This document shows positions 1 to 10,458 of a stretch of DNA of 64,000 nucleotides, in pieces (position 1 is the stretch's first letter; each line of letters begins with the position of its first letter). Source of the DNA: an uncultured Clostridia bacterium (GTDB lineage: Bacteria; Bacillota; Clostridia; TANB77; CAG-508); assembly GCA_944386785.1 (NCBI GenBank), contig CALXCM010000001.1, forward strand, positions 15,952 to 79,951, given 5' to 3'. The notes under the pieces were generated by a model, which saw only the letters and a program-made list of their open reading frames with translations, was not told where the DNA came from and did no database searches. The position numbers and the translations under genes are program-made.

Positions 1-308
1 TCATTAAATATTTTAGGATTTTTCTTATTAAAATCTCTATAAATTTCATATTTTTTATTATTATTTAATTCATATTCTAATTTTCCCGAAAATTCTTCTC
101 CTGTCCAAGGAAGAAATTTTTCAAAATCTGAAAATTCTTTTCCTTTTTTATTTTTAGAAATGCCATAAAACATATTTGTTATGAAATTTAAAAGTGTTGA
201 TTTTCCAGCTTCGTTTTTTCCATAAATTATATTTATACCTTCTTTTAAATCAATTTCTTTTTCTTTTAATTTTCCATAAGAATTTATTTTTAATTTATTT
301 ATTTTCAA
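1..308 (-). CDS. sbcC: SbcC-like DNA repair ATPase, N-terminal fragment running off the left edge
   Basis: My translation of the minus strand gives (TTG)KINKLKINSYGKLKEKEIDLKEGINIIYGKNEAGKSTLLNF, with Walker A GKNEAGKST. A GAGGTG RBS precedes it, and it lies immediately downstream of sbcD. Confidence 0.7.
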   Translation of the reverse strand, partial: MKINKLKINSYGKLKEKEIDLKEGINIIYGKNEAGKSTLLNFITNMFYGISKNKKGKEFSDFEKFLPWTGEEFSGKLEYELNNNKKYEIYRDFNKKNPKIFN

Positions 309-318
309 AATATCACCT

Positions 319-1407
319 CTATTCTAATGAATTTAATCCTATTTCTATTGCTTTTTCTATTATTTCTTTTTCTTCTTCTGTATTATTTTCATTTTTTAAT
401 TTCTCTATCATTTCTTTTACAAATAAACCTCTTAAAGTTGTTTCATTTGCTAATTTTTCTAAATTATATGCTAATTTTGTTTCATCTTTTAATTTTATAA
501 TTCTATCATTTTTAATATATTTTAAAATATCATATTTATCTATTTCAAAATTCCTTCCGCCTTTTATCACAATTTCTACATATTCATTTTCTTTTACTTC
601 TATTTCATTTATTTTTTCAATTAATTCTTCTTTTGAATATATGTTATCCACATTTAATTCTATTTTTGTGAATTGTTCATCATCTAATGGAACAAATTTT
701 AGGTTTAAATTTTTCTCATTATCAAAGTTTCCTACTATCATTCCATGTTCTCCTAATTCGTCAAATCCTAAAGATATAGTAGAGCCTGGATATACTATTT
801 TTTGATTTTCATATGAGTTATAGTCTTTTTTATGGATATGACCAAGAGCTACATAGTCAAATCCTTTTTCTTCTAATAATTTTTTAGAAATTGGATTATA
901 TGGCTTATCATCTTTTTTTGCTCCATCTAGGTTACCATGGATTACTAAAATATTTGGCTTTTCATTTTTTGTTACTTCTGTATTTTCCAAATTGCAAGAA
1001 TCACAATAAAAGTCATCAAAACTAAACCCATAAATATTACAATCTTCATTTTCTATTTTTTCAATTTTTGTATCAAATATTGTTACATTTTCACTCCAGT
1101 TAAATTTGTTATAGTATGAATTTTTTACTTTTGGATCATGATTTCCTGCTGAAATATATATTTTTGTTTGTGGGATTTCTAAAAACAATTTATTTATATA
1201 TTCAATTGTTGATTGTTTTACATATTGGTGTTCATATAAATCTCCTGAAATAAATAAATATTCTATATTATTTTCTTTTATATATTCTATTATTTTTTTG
1301 AATACTTTTCTTTGTTCTAATCTTCTTAAATCTCCCATTATACTTTTGTCTGAAAGGTTTACAAATGGGCTATCTAAGTGCATATCTGCAATGTGAACGA
1401 ATTTCAT
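319..1407 (-). CDS. sbcD: SbcD/Mre11-family nuclease
   Basis: Calcineurin-like phosphoesterase motifs MKFVHIADMHLD, GDLYE, GNHD and IHGN are present. It is paired with sbcC. Confidence 0.85.
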   Translation of the reverse strand: MKFVHIADMHLDSPFVNLSDKSIMGDLRRLEQRKVFKKIIEYIKENNIEYLFISGDLYEHQYVKQSTIEYINKLFLEIPQTKIYISAGNHDPKVKNSYYNKFNWSENVTIFDTKIEKIENEDCNIYGFSFDDFYCDSCNLENTEVTKNEKPNILVIHGNLDGAKKDDKPYNPISKKLLEEKGFDYVALGHIHKKDYNSYENQKIVYPGSTISLGFDELGEHGMIVGNFDNEKNLNLKFVPLDDEQFTKIELNVDNIYSKEELIEKINEIEVKENEYVEIVIKGGRNFEIDKYDILKYIKNDRIIKLKDETKLAYNLEKLANETTLRGLFVKEMIEKLKNENNTEEEKEIIEKAIEIGLNSLE

Positions 1408-1493
1408 TTTATTCCTCCATTTCTTTAATTTTATTTCTATATTATATATTTATAGCACAACGAACATTTTTTTGCAATAGTTTTAATCACAAA

Positions 1494-1535
1494 AAAGTTA
1501 GAAAATATTTTAATTATACTTTCTAACTTTTATTT
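1494..1535 (-). terminator. Intrinsic terminator downstream of the coupling-protein operon
   Basis: A 10-bp stem AAGTTAGAAA/TTTCTAACTT with T-runs on both strands. Confidence 0.5.
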
Positions 1536-1590
1536 TTTGTTTAAATTAATTTAATTTCATTTGAGACAAAATTGCTCCGTCCCCAAAAGT

Positions 1591-1650
1591 CTCATTCGAC
1601 AAATTTAGACAAAAATGAGAGATTTGAGAACTGTCCCCTTTTTTCTCATT
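1591..1650. repeat. Repeat family copy A (core GAGAACTGTCCCC at 1626-1638 plus paired TTCGACA-like boxes)
   Basis: About 85% identical over roughly 55 nt to copy B at 18777-18836. It abuts the stop codon of the coupling-protein gene. Confidence 0.7.
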
Positions 1651-3785
1651 CGTCGATTGAGCCAAATAGTTCATCAAATTTTGCTTCTAGCTCTTTTTGT
1701 AAGTCGTAATCGTCTTCTGATTCTGTTTCTATTTGAGGAAGAATTCCTATGTCTTCTAGTGTTTCTTCTTTTTCTTCGTCTTTATTTTCTTTTTTATCTA
1801 TTTTTTCTTCGTTATCAATATCCTTTTTTAAATCATTATCGATATCATCATCAAATGCTTCTAAGTCTATTGTTTTTAGATTAACATTATTAGCATTATT
1901 ACCACTATTACTATCATTGTTATTAAGAATTTCTTTTGTTTCTTGTTGTTCTTGTTCTGGTTCTGGCTCTATGTCATCAAATAAGTCGTCTAATGATTCT
2001 ACTTTTAAGTCTTTTACTTTTTCACTACTATCTTCTTCTACATAAGGGTTATATGGGTTATATCTTCTCCAAGGGCCTCTATCCATTTTTTCTATGTCAT
2101 TATGGCTTATTGCAACTGCTGCTAATCTTTTTGCCATTGGATGTTTAAAGTAGTAGAATTTTTTTGCTTTTACTGGTTTTATTCCTTTTTCATAGATTAT
2201 ACAGTCATCATTATCCATTCTTCTCAATTCGTCTGGTGTCATTAATGCTCTTGCCATTACTTGGTCTGATACTGATTTTCCTGTTTTCCAGTTTTGTCTA
2301 TCTCTATTTATTGATATACTATCTCTTCCTATTGTTTTTTCTCCTAATGCTTTAGAGAAATATTCTACTGTTTTAAATGAGTTACTTCCTAAAAATACAT
2401 GTGTATCACAGTTACCCATTATTGTTTCGTATGATTTTTCGTATATTGCTTCTAATTGGTCTAAGTTTTGAAGTATTACACTAAATGATATTCTTCTACT
2501 TCTTGATGTTGATATTTTTTGGTCAAAGTCTGGTATTTGTCCAATATTTGCAAACTCGTCTAATATGAAAAATGTTGGTACTTTAAGTGCTCCACCTGTT
2601 GCATCTGCTAAATCGTATAGGTGGTCTATCATTTGTGAGAAAAATATTGTTAGTATAAAGTTATATGCTGTATGTGTGTCTGGTGATATTACATATAAGG
2701 CTGTTTTTTGGTTTCCTATATCTTCAAAGTCTATTGTGTCTGTTGATGTTAATTCTGCTATTTCTTTTGAATCAAATTTACCAAGTTTTGATTGCAATGT
2801 ACTTAAAATTGATGCATAAGTCTTGTCTGATGCTATTTCTATTGATTTATAGTTCATCCTTGCTGGATGGTCATATGGAAGCACACTCATTAAGTCTGTA
2901 AGTAAATTACTTCCACCTTTATTGTTTGCAGCTCTTACTAATTCTGCACAACTTGCTAAGTTTTGTTCTTCTTCTGGTCTTGTTGCTATTAAATAATATA
3001 TTAATGCTTTTAATAGCATCTCTGCAGAGTCATCCCAAAATGGGTCTGAACCTCCACCTTCTCCTTTTTGTCCTTTTACTATTGTATTTGCAATTATATC
3101 TACATCTCTTTCAGATGATATATGCATAAGTGGGTTATATCCATCACTTTTTTCTGGTCTTACTAGGTTTAATACTTTTATTTTATATCCTTGTGATTTT
3201 AAATATCCTGCTGTTTTATCATATATTTCACCTTTAGGGTCAGTAAAGACATATGACCCTAAACATTGATATGCATTTGGTATTGAATATGAAGCAGATT
3301 TACCAGAACCTGAACCGTCCAACTACCAACACATTTATGTTTCCTCTTTTATCTAGTGGCAAATAGTTATCTTCTGCAAGTATTATTCCTTTATTTTTAC
3401 TAAGGATTGTATATTGTTCTCCTCTTTGACTCCAATCACTTGAGCCATGTTCTATGTCTGTAAATTCATTTTTTGGTGCTGATTTTGTAAAACCAATAAA
3501 GAAACATACCGCATAAAATATTGTTAAAACTAACAATACTGTAAAGTATGTTCCTATTGCTCCTTCTGAAATAATATTTCCTAGTGTTCCAAATGGATTT
3601 GTAATTGATTCTATAAATGTTTCTAAAAATACTTGTATCCCTTGGTTTGCACCTACATTTTCTGCTTTAAAAAAGCTATATGCTATAGGTGTAGCTAGTG
3701 CTATAGCAATTATTAGCCAAATTATAGCAAATATTATAAAATTTTTCCTATTTTTTTTAATTGCACCTTCTATTTTATAGTTCAT
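1646..3785 (-). CDS. Type IV coupling protein (VirD4/TraG family), reading frame interrupted at 3317
   Basis: The N-terminal TM segment is in frame 3300..3785. The other frame carries Walker A GSGSGKS, Walker B FFILDEFANIG and an acidic C-terminal tail. The two frames join as ..NVLVVG-GSGSGKS.. when one base (C of CGG at 3315-3317) is skipped. Confidence 0.8.
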
Positions 3786-3809
3786 CAATTTCACCTACTC
3801 TTTTGTAAT

Positions 3810-4066
3810 TTAGATTTCTTCTCTTGATTTTCCTTTTTTGCTTCTTACTTTTCCTCCTGGATATGCTTTTATAGTTGCACCTTGTTCTAAGGCTATGCTA
3901 ATTGGAACATCAATTTTTATATCATTTGTATTAGTTATTTTTTTGTTTTCTTCTTCTATTTCCTTTTCTGGAATATTTTCAAAAGAAATTGCTGTTATTA
4001 CAGGTCTTTCATCTTTTCCAGCAGGTTCAAATTTGATTTTTTCATTATCCTCATTAAGATTTGGCA
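3810..4066 (-). CDS. Hypothetical small protein in the coupling-protein operon
   Basis: An ORF with a GGAGG RBS before the ATG at 4066. I recognised no domain. Confidence 0.5.
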
Positions 4067-4080
4067 TTTGACATTTCCTC

Positions 4081-4599
4081 CTAATTATCATCTCTTACTT
4101 CGAATGCGAAATAAGACTTATATGGTTTTATTTTACACTTACCTTTTACGGTGTCAGTTTTTTCGTCATAATAAAGCACAGGCTTTAATTCTTCTGTTGT
4201 TTCTGGATCTATTATTGTTATCGGTCTTTTTAAATTTGGTGTATAGTTAAAATCCTTGTATTCTGTTTCTTCTTCTGAATATATTGTATTAAATTTAAAA
4301 GAACTAGGTTTTTTTGTTATTTTTACTTCATCTCCTTGCAAAATTCCAGTATTAATAACAACCCTATCTTTTCCAAATGATAATATTGCAAGCTGATTAC
4401 CATTTTTTCCAGGATTTTCGACATAAAAAGTTTTTCTATTGTAGTCTCCTACTAATTCTTCTGTATGGTCTAATCTTTCTACTGTATATTTAGGATACTG
4501 CTTTAGAAATTCTTTTTTCGTTTTATTTATTTGATATATTACTGTTTTTATTCCTTTTGGATCAGCAATACTAAAATGTTTTCCTTCTAATTGATCCAT
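4081..4599 (-). CDS. Hypothetical soluble protein, first gene of the coupling-protein operon
   Basis: A 172-aa ORF with an RBS (GAGGTG). I saw no TM segment and no motif I recognise. Confidence 0.55.
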   Translation of the reverse strand: MDQLEGKHFSIADPKGIKTVIYQINKTKKEFLKQYPKYTVERLDHTEELVGDYNRKTFYVENPGKNGNQLAILSFGKDRVVINTGILQGDEVKITKKPSSFKFNTIYSEEETEYKDFNYTPNLKRPITIIDPETTEELKPVLYYDEKTDTVKGKCKIKPYKSYFAFEVRDDN

Positions 4600-4658
4600 A
4601 TTTCACACCTCTTCTCTATGTTTTTCCATAGTTTATCTTATGTTAAATCTACTCTTAA

Positions 4659-4687
4659 ATTATAGCTAAAAATAGGCGGTTTGTCAA
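4659..4687 (-). promoter_or_regulatory. Consensus sigma-A promoter for the 4599->1646 operon
   Basis: On the minus strand, TTGACA (4682-4687), a 17-nt spacer, then TATAAT (4659-4664). The -35 box lies in the loop of the upstream terminator hairpin. Confidence 0.55.
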
Positions 4688-4700
4688 TATTCCGCCTATT
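4671..4700 (-). terminator. Terminator hairpin after the J-domain gene
   Basis: Stem AATAGGCGG/CCGCCTATT followed by a T-run. Confidence 0.55.
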
Positions 4701-5574
4701 TTTTATCATTTCTTGGATTAAATTTTGAAACTTCCTCTAATTTTTGATATAACTTCTTTTCTGCTTCTTTCAAATTTTTTGGTACGACTATTTTTATTTC
4801 TGCAATTAAATCTCCTCTTGCAGTTTTATTTATTTTATATCCTTTGTTTGGAATTCTTATAATTTCTCCACTACTAATACCTTGTGGAATATATACTTTT
4901 ATTTCTTCATCTAAACCTTCTATTGAAACTCTAGTACCTAGAGCCGCTTCCCAAGGTGTTATTAATAAATCTGTATATATATCTGCACCTTTTAGTTTAA
5001 ATTTTCTATCATTATCTATCTTTATTTCTATTAATAGATCACCATTTTTTCCGCCATTTTTCCCAGGTTTTCCTTGACCTATTAATCTTATTTTTTCTCC
5101 ATCTAAAATTCCTTCTGGTATTGTTATTGAAAGTACTTTAATCTTTCCTTCTGAATTTTTAAATGATATTCTTTTTTCTAGCCCAAAATATGCTTCTAAA
5201 AGTCCAATATGTATACTTGTTTCGACATTTTCTCCTTTTACTGGATTTTTCTTTTTTGTTTCTTTTTCTTCTTTTTCTAAGTTTCCTAAAAACATATTTA
5301 TAATTGCACCTTTATCATTTTTTCTAGTAAATGCTTTTTCACCTTTTCCAAATTTAGAATTCCATATTCTATCATATTTCCTTTTTGAAGATGGCACAGA
5401 TAGTGTTCTATATGCTTCATTTATATCTTTTATTTTTTCTTCTGCTAAATTATCTCCAACATTTAAGTCTGGGTGATATTTTTTAGCAGCTTGTCTATAT
5501 GCTGTTTTTATTTCTTCTATTGAAACTCTACTTGTTTCTAAACCTAATATTTTGTAATAATTCTTGACAATCAT
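4696..5574 (-). CDS. cbpA: CbpA-like J-domain co-chaperone (J domain plus DnaJ C-terminal domains, no zinc finger)
   Basis: YYKILGLE...YRQAAKKYHPDLN contains the HPD motif. The C-terminal beta-domains resemble DnaJ_C. Confidence 0.75.
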   Translation of the reverse strand: MIVKNYYKILGLETSRVSIEEIKTAYRQAAKKYHPDLNVGDNLAEEKIKDINEAYRTLSVPSSKRKYDRIWNSKFGKGEKAFTRKNDKGAIINMFLGNLEKEEKETKKKNPVKGENVETSIHIGLLEAYFGLEKRISFKNSEGKIKVLSITIPEGILDGEKIRLIGQGKPGKNGGKNGDLLIEIKIDNDRKFKLKGADIYTDLLITPWEAALGTRVSIEGLDEEIKVYIPQGISSGEIIRIPNKGYKINKTARGDLIAEIKIVVPKNLKEAEKKLYQKLEEVSKFNPRNDKK

Positions 5575-5676
5575 TTGACATCCTCCCTAAAAATCAGGTA
5601 CTGTCATTATATCATAAATATAAAAAAAATCCATAGTTTTTATGGATTTTCCTTAAAATTTGGTTTCACAATTGCT

Positions 5677-6729
5677 TTATTTATATTCTAAAGCCAAATT
5701 TATTAACTTATCTAATAACTCTTCTTCTCTTATTCCCGCTTCGCAAAAAAGCTTTGGATACATACTAATACTTGTAAACCCTGGGAATGTATTTATTTCA
5801 TTTATATATACATCTTCTGTTTTATCTTCTATAAAGAAATCTACTCTTGATAAACCTTTTCCATCTATTGCTTTAAATGCTTTTATTGCATCTTTTCTTA
5901 TTTCTTCTTCTTTTTCTTTTGAAATATTTGCTGGAATTTCTACTTTTGATTCTTCATTTTTATATTTAGCATCATAGCTATAAAATTCATCTGCTGCTTT
6001 TATTTCTCCTACTCTTGATGCTATAACATCTTCGTTTCCTAGTACTGCACATTCTACTTCTCTTCCACAAATTCCTTGTTCTATTATTATTTTATTATCA
6101 AATTTTCCTGCATATTTAATTGCATTTATTAATTCTTCTTTATTTTTTACTTTTGTTATTCCAACACTTGAACCAGAGTTTGATGGTTTTATAAACATTG
6201 GATATTTAAGCCATTTTTCACATTTTGTAGAAATTTCTTCTAAGCTTAATTTTTGTTCATTGAATTCTTTGTCTATGTAAATAAATTCATCTTTACTTTT
6301 TCTTACATATACTGAAGGAGCTTGTTTTAGCCCTGCTTTTTCAAAAATTATTTTAGTATATACTTTATCCATTCCAATACTTGAAGCTAATACTTTACAA
6401 CCTACATATGGTATTTTTAAAATTTCTAATAATCCTTGAACTGTTCCATCTTCTCCATATAACCCATGAAGTACAGGAATTACTACATCTAATTTTTTTA
6501 GGTAACTTGTTATATCTTCTATTTTACTTTCAAAAACAAGTTTATCTCCTAATTTTACATCTTTTGTTTTTCTATATCTATACCAAGTGCTTCCATTTTC
6601 CATAAATAAAGGATATATATCATATTTTCTTTTGTTTAAATTATCTAAGATGGAATTAGCTGAAAGTATTGAAATCTCTTTTTCTGTTGACATTCCACCA
6701 AATATAACTCCTACTTTTAGTTTTGACAT
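5677..6729 (-). CDS. ddl: D-alanine--D-alanine ligase
   Basis: ATP-grasp Ddl pattern (VGVIFGGMSTEKEISILS, HGLYGEDGTVQGLLE, EINTFPGFT). It lies downstream of murF. Confidence 0.9.
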   Translation of the reverse strand: MSKLKVGVIFGGMSTEKEISILSANSILDNLNKRKYDIYPLFMENGSTWYRYRKTKDVKLGDKLVFESKIEDITSYLKKLDVVIPVLHGLYGEDGTVQGLLEILKIPYVGCKVLASSIGMDKVYTKIIFEKAGLKQAPSVYVRKSKDEFIYIDKEFNEQKLSLEEISTKCEKWLKYPMFIKPSNSGSSVGITKVKNKEELINAIKYAGKFDNKIIIEQGICGREVECAVLGNEDVIASRVGEIKAADEFYSYDAKYKNEESKVEIPANISKEKEEEIRKDAIKAFKAIDGKGLSRVDFFIEDKTEDVYINEINTFPGFTSISMYPKLFCEAGIREEELLDKLINLALEYK

Positions 6730-6752
6730 TTTCTCACCTCTTAATTTTACTT

Positions 6753-8150
6753 TTATTTTAATTCTTCTTTTGCTTTTTCTGCTATCTCATAAAATTTTGT
6801 TAGATTTGATGCTTTAAAAAGAATAACATCTCCTTTTTTTGCAATTTTATTTAGCAATGTTAAAATATCTTCTTTGTTTTCAAGAAAATATAGATTGTTT
6901 TCGTTAAAGCCTTTTGATTTTGCACCTTCTATTATATATTTTGAAAACTTGCCACTACAAATTAAGATATCTATTTTATCATTATATGCTTCTATACCTA
7001 CTTTTTCATGTAATTCTTTTGAAAAATCTCCTAATTCATACATATCTCCTAAAACTGCAATTTTTCTATTTTCTTTAAAACTACCTAAGTTTTTTAGTGT
7101 TGCTTGAACCGCTTCAAAACTTGCATTATATGCACCGTTTATAATTTTAATTCCGCTTTCTAGTTCTGTTATATCCATCCTATTTTTTGTAAGTTTAAAA
7201 TCTTCTATTCCGTTTGCAATTTTTTCATCTTCTATTTCTAAAGCTTTTGCAACTGCTATTGCACTTAAAGAATTTAATATAAAATGTTCTCCACCTACTG
7301 GTACATTAAAATTAATTGTTTTTCCATCTATATTGCAATTAAACTTACTTTCTTCTTCTTTTAGTATTAAATCTTTTGCATTATATGTACTTTTATTATT
7401 TATTCCATAAGTTATAATATTATACTTTTCTTTATTTTCTTCATACCATTTGTGTAATAAATCATCATCATTATTTATTACCACAATTGGATTTTCTGCT
7501 CCATCTAATATTTCTAATTTTGCCTTTAAAATATTTTCTCTAGAGCCTAGGTTCCCTATATGTGATGTCCCTATATTGGTAATTACACAAATATTAGGTT
7601 TTGCAATTTTAGATAATAAATGAATTTCATTAAAGTGGTTCATTCCCATTTCTAAAACCATTACTTCTTCATCTTTTAGTCTTAAAATTGTAAGTGGCAT
7701 TCCTATATTATTATTATTATTTCCTATTGTTTTTAATGTTTTATATTTTTTTGAAACCACATTTGCAATTATATCTTTTGTACTTGTTTTTCCTACGCTT
7801 CCTGTTATTGCAACTACTGGTATTTTATTTAAATCTCTTTTTAGGCTTGCTATTTGATATAAAGCATCTAACGAATTTTCTACTTTTATTATATTTTTAT
7901 TTTCCCATTTTGTTAAATTTTCTTTAGAAAAATCCACATTTTCTACAATTACTGTGGAAGCTCCATTTTCTAATGCTTTTTCCCCAAATAGGTTTCCATC
8001 AAATTTTTCTCCTTTTATTCCTATATAACAATCATCTTTTTTTATTGTTCTTGTATCTTTTGAATAATCTATACATTCATATTCTTCATTTCCAACTATA
8101 AGTTCTCCTTTTGTTACTTTTAAAATATCTTTTATCTTTAAATTTTTCAT
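6753..8150 (-). CDS. murF: UDP-MurNAc-tripeptide--D-Ala-D-Ala ligase
   Basis: Mur ligase P-loop ITGSVGKTSTKD, correct length, and adjacency to ddl. Confidence 0.9.
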   Translation of the reverse strand: MKNLKIKDILKVTKGELIVGNEEYECIDYSKDTRTIKKDDCYIGIKGEKFDGNLFGEKALENGASTVIVENVDFSKENLTKWENKNIIKVENSLDALYQIASLKRDLNKIPVVAITGSVGKTSTKDIIANVVSKKYKTLKTIGNNNNNIGMPLTILRLKDEEVMVLEMGMNHFNEIHLLSKIAKPNICVITNIGTSHIGNLGSRENILKAKLEILDGAENPIVVINNDDDLLHKWYEENKEKYNIITYGINNKSTYNAKDLILKEEESKFNCNIDGKTINFNVPVGGEHFILNSLSAIAVAKALEIEDEKIANGIEDFKLTKNRMDITELESGIKIINGAYNASFEAVQATLKNLGSFKENRKIAVLGDMYELGDFSKELHEKVGIEAYNDKIDILICSGKFSKYIIEGAKSKGFNENNLYFLENKEDILTLLNKIAKKGDVILFKASNLTKFYEIAEKAKEELK

Positions 8151-8402
8151 TTTCTTTTCCTTCCTTTAAGGTTTTTTATTTTGTTAAATTATATGCCTTT
8201 TTAATATATTTTGCAACTTGTAAATTTGTAATATCAAAAAAATATTATAAAATTATTAAAGTAAAATAATGAAAGGAATGAATTTTTTATAAAAATATCT
8301 ACTTTAACAATGAAAAAATCATCAAAAATAGAACAAGTCTCAAAAGAAGAAAATTAATTTTTTAAAAGCTTGGAAAACTAACTTCCAAGCTTTTTTTGTT
8401 TG

Positions 8403-8576
8403 CTATTTATTTTCTACACTTCTGTTTGCAATTTCTATTGCTTTTTTTACTATATTTCCGCAGTCCTTTGATGATACATTTTTCCAACTACCACCATCTT
8501 TTTTTACTTGTTCATATACTCCTAATTCTTTTGCTATTTCTTCTCTTAGATTTTCTGACATTAGTCCTTTGTTCAT
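8403..8576 (-). CDS. sspF: Alpha/beta-type small acid-soluble spore protein, SspF-like (57 aa, below the ORF-track cutoff)
   Basis: My translation gives MNKGLMSENLREEIAKELGVYEQVKKDGGSWKNVSSKDCGNIVKKAIEIANRSVENK, preceded by a GGGAGG RBS. It closely resembles B. subtilis SspF ([38 protein letters not shown]). Confidence 0.75.
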   Translation of the reverse strand: MNKGLMSENLREEIAKELGVYEQVKKDGGSWKNVSSKDCGNIVKKAIEIANRSVENK

Positions 8577-8771
8577 TTGTTCTTCCTCCCTTTTGAAATT
8601 TTTAATTTAAAATTTCGAAATTTCGGATTATAAAACTTTTATTTCAAGTTTTATACTTTTATTATTTGCATTTTTTCTTTTTTTATTTTGACAATTTTTT
8701 GTTTTTTTATATTTTTTTTGACAAAATTCTATGGTATAATAAAAAAGATAAATACTAAAAGGAGTTTTTTT

Positions 8772-10421
8772 ATGAGCGTAAAAGATTTAGATTTAAAAGA
8801 TAAGAATACTTCTCCTTTAGAAGGGAATATTAAAGAAGAGAAAAAACAAGAAGAAAAAGATACAAAAATTAAAAATGAAGTTTTAAATAATGTACCAGAT
8901 GAAAATGAAACTAAGTCTAAAGAAGAACCAAAATTTAAACCTCTTCCAGAAAAGGAAGAAAAGTCAAAAAAAGAAAGAAAAGGACTTAAAATATTTGGAA
9001 TTTTAGTTTTAATTTTAATTTTGATTTTAGTTATATCTTTTTCCGTTCTTACTGCATATAACTTACTAAGGCAAAACATAATAGCAGGTGTTTCTATTAA
9101 AGGAATTGATGTATCAAATACCAGTCCTTCTGATGCAAGGTATAAATTAGACAATTATATTTCTTCTACTTTGCCTACTGAATTAAAGTTAAAACACGGT
9201 GATTTTGAAACAACTCTTTCTTTAGAACAATTGGAAGTTTCTTTTGATACAAAAGGAATTACAAATGAAGCTTACAGAATAGGAAAAGAAGGTAATATAT
9301 TTTTAGATAATTTTAATGTAATTTATACATTATTTAAAAATGTAAATTTAGAGCCAACTTTAAATATAAATGAAGAACAACTTTCAAAAAGTTTAGATGA
9401 AATTTCAGCTCAATTACCTGATAAAGTCGTAGAAAGTAGTTATTACCAAGAAGGAAATAATTTAATTATAACAACAGGAAAAGAAGGAAATGTTGTAGAT
9501 AAAGAAAAAACTATAGAGCAAATAAAAACAGCACTTTCTGATTTTTCTATAATAAATAACCCAATAGAAATTACAGTAAAAACTCAAAAACCTGAACCTA
9601 TTAATATAGAAAAAATTCACGAAGAAATTTATAAAGAACCTGTTGATGCATATTATACACAAAACCCATTTACAATATATCCATCAGAAAATGGTTTAGA
9701 CTTTAATGTTTCTATAGATGAAGCAAAAAATATAATAGGAGATGGAACAAACACTGAATATACAATTCCTCTTAAAGTTCTTTATCCTAATGTTACAACT
9801 AATATGATAGGAACAGAAGCTTTCCCAGATTTACTATCTAGCTATTCTACAAAATATGCAGCAAGTAACAAAGATAGAACAACAAATTTAAGGTTAGCAG
9901 CAAATAAAATCAATGGAACTGTTCTTATGCCAGGAGAAACATTTTCATATAACAAAGTAGTAGGTGCAAGAACAATAGCAGCAGGATACAAAGAAGCTCC
10001 AATATATGTTAGTGGTAAAGTTGTTGATGGTTTAGGTGGAGGAATTTGTCAAATTACTTCTACATTATATAATGCTGTTGTTTATGCAAATTTAGAAGTA
10101 ACCCAAAGAAGTAATCATCAATTTGTTCCTTCTTATGTAACAGCAAGTAGAGATGCAACAGTTGTTTATGGAGCAATTGATTTTCAATTTAAAAATAATA
10201 GAAATTATCCTATAAAACTAGTTTGCTCTGTTTCAGGCGGAATTGCAAACTTCCAAATTTTTGGATTAAAACAAGATGATGATTATGAAGTACAAATTTT
10301 ATCTTATGAAACAGGAAGAACTTCAACTTCTATTTATTCTGAAGCATATAAAATTTTAAAAAGAGATGGTAAAGAAGTTTCAAGACAGCTTATGTCAAAA
10401 GATACATATAAAAGACACTAA
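8772..10421 (+). CDS. VanW-family protein with an N-terminal TM anchor
   Basis: VanW core GETFSYNKVVGARTIAAGYKEAPIY...GGGICQITSTLYNAV. ATG at 8772 follows a GGAG RBS. Confidence 0.8.
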   Translation: MSVKDLDLKDKNTSPLEGNIKEEKKQEEKDTKIKNEVLNNVPDENETKSKEEPKFKPLPEKEEKSKKERKGLKIFGILVLILILILVISFSVLTAYNLLRQNIIAGVSIKGIDVSNTSPSDARYKLDNYISSTLPTELKLKHGDFETTLSLEQLEVSFDTKGITNEAYRIGKEGNIFLDNFNVIYTLFKNVNLEPTLNINEEQLSKSLDEISAQLPDKVVESSYYQEGNNLIITTGKEGNVVDKEKTIEQIKTALSDFSIINNPIEITVKTQKPEPINIEKIHEEIYKEPVDAYYTQNPFTIYPSENGLDFNVSIDEAKNIIGDGTNTEYTIPLKVLYPNVTTNMIGTEAFPDLLSSYSTKYAASNKDRTTNLRLAANKINGTVLMPGETFSYNKVVGARTIAAGYKEAPIYVSGKVVDGLGGGICQITSTLYNAVVYANLEVTQRSNHQFVPSYVTASRDATVVYGAIDFQFKNNRNYPIKLVCSVSGGIANFQIFGLKQDDDYEVQILSYETGRTSTSIYSEAYKILKRDGKEVSRQLMSKDTYKRH

Positions 10422-10431
10422 GAGCTTTAAG

Positions 10432-10454
10432 CCCCAGTACAAAATGTACTGGGG
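10432..10454. terminator. Bidirectional terminator between convergent genes
   Basis: Stem CCCCAGTACA/TGTACTGGGG. Confidence 0.6.
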
Positions 10455-10458
10455 TTAT

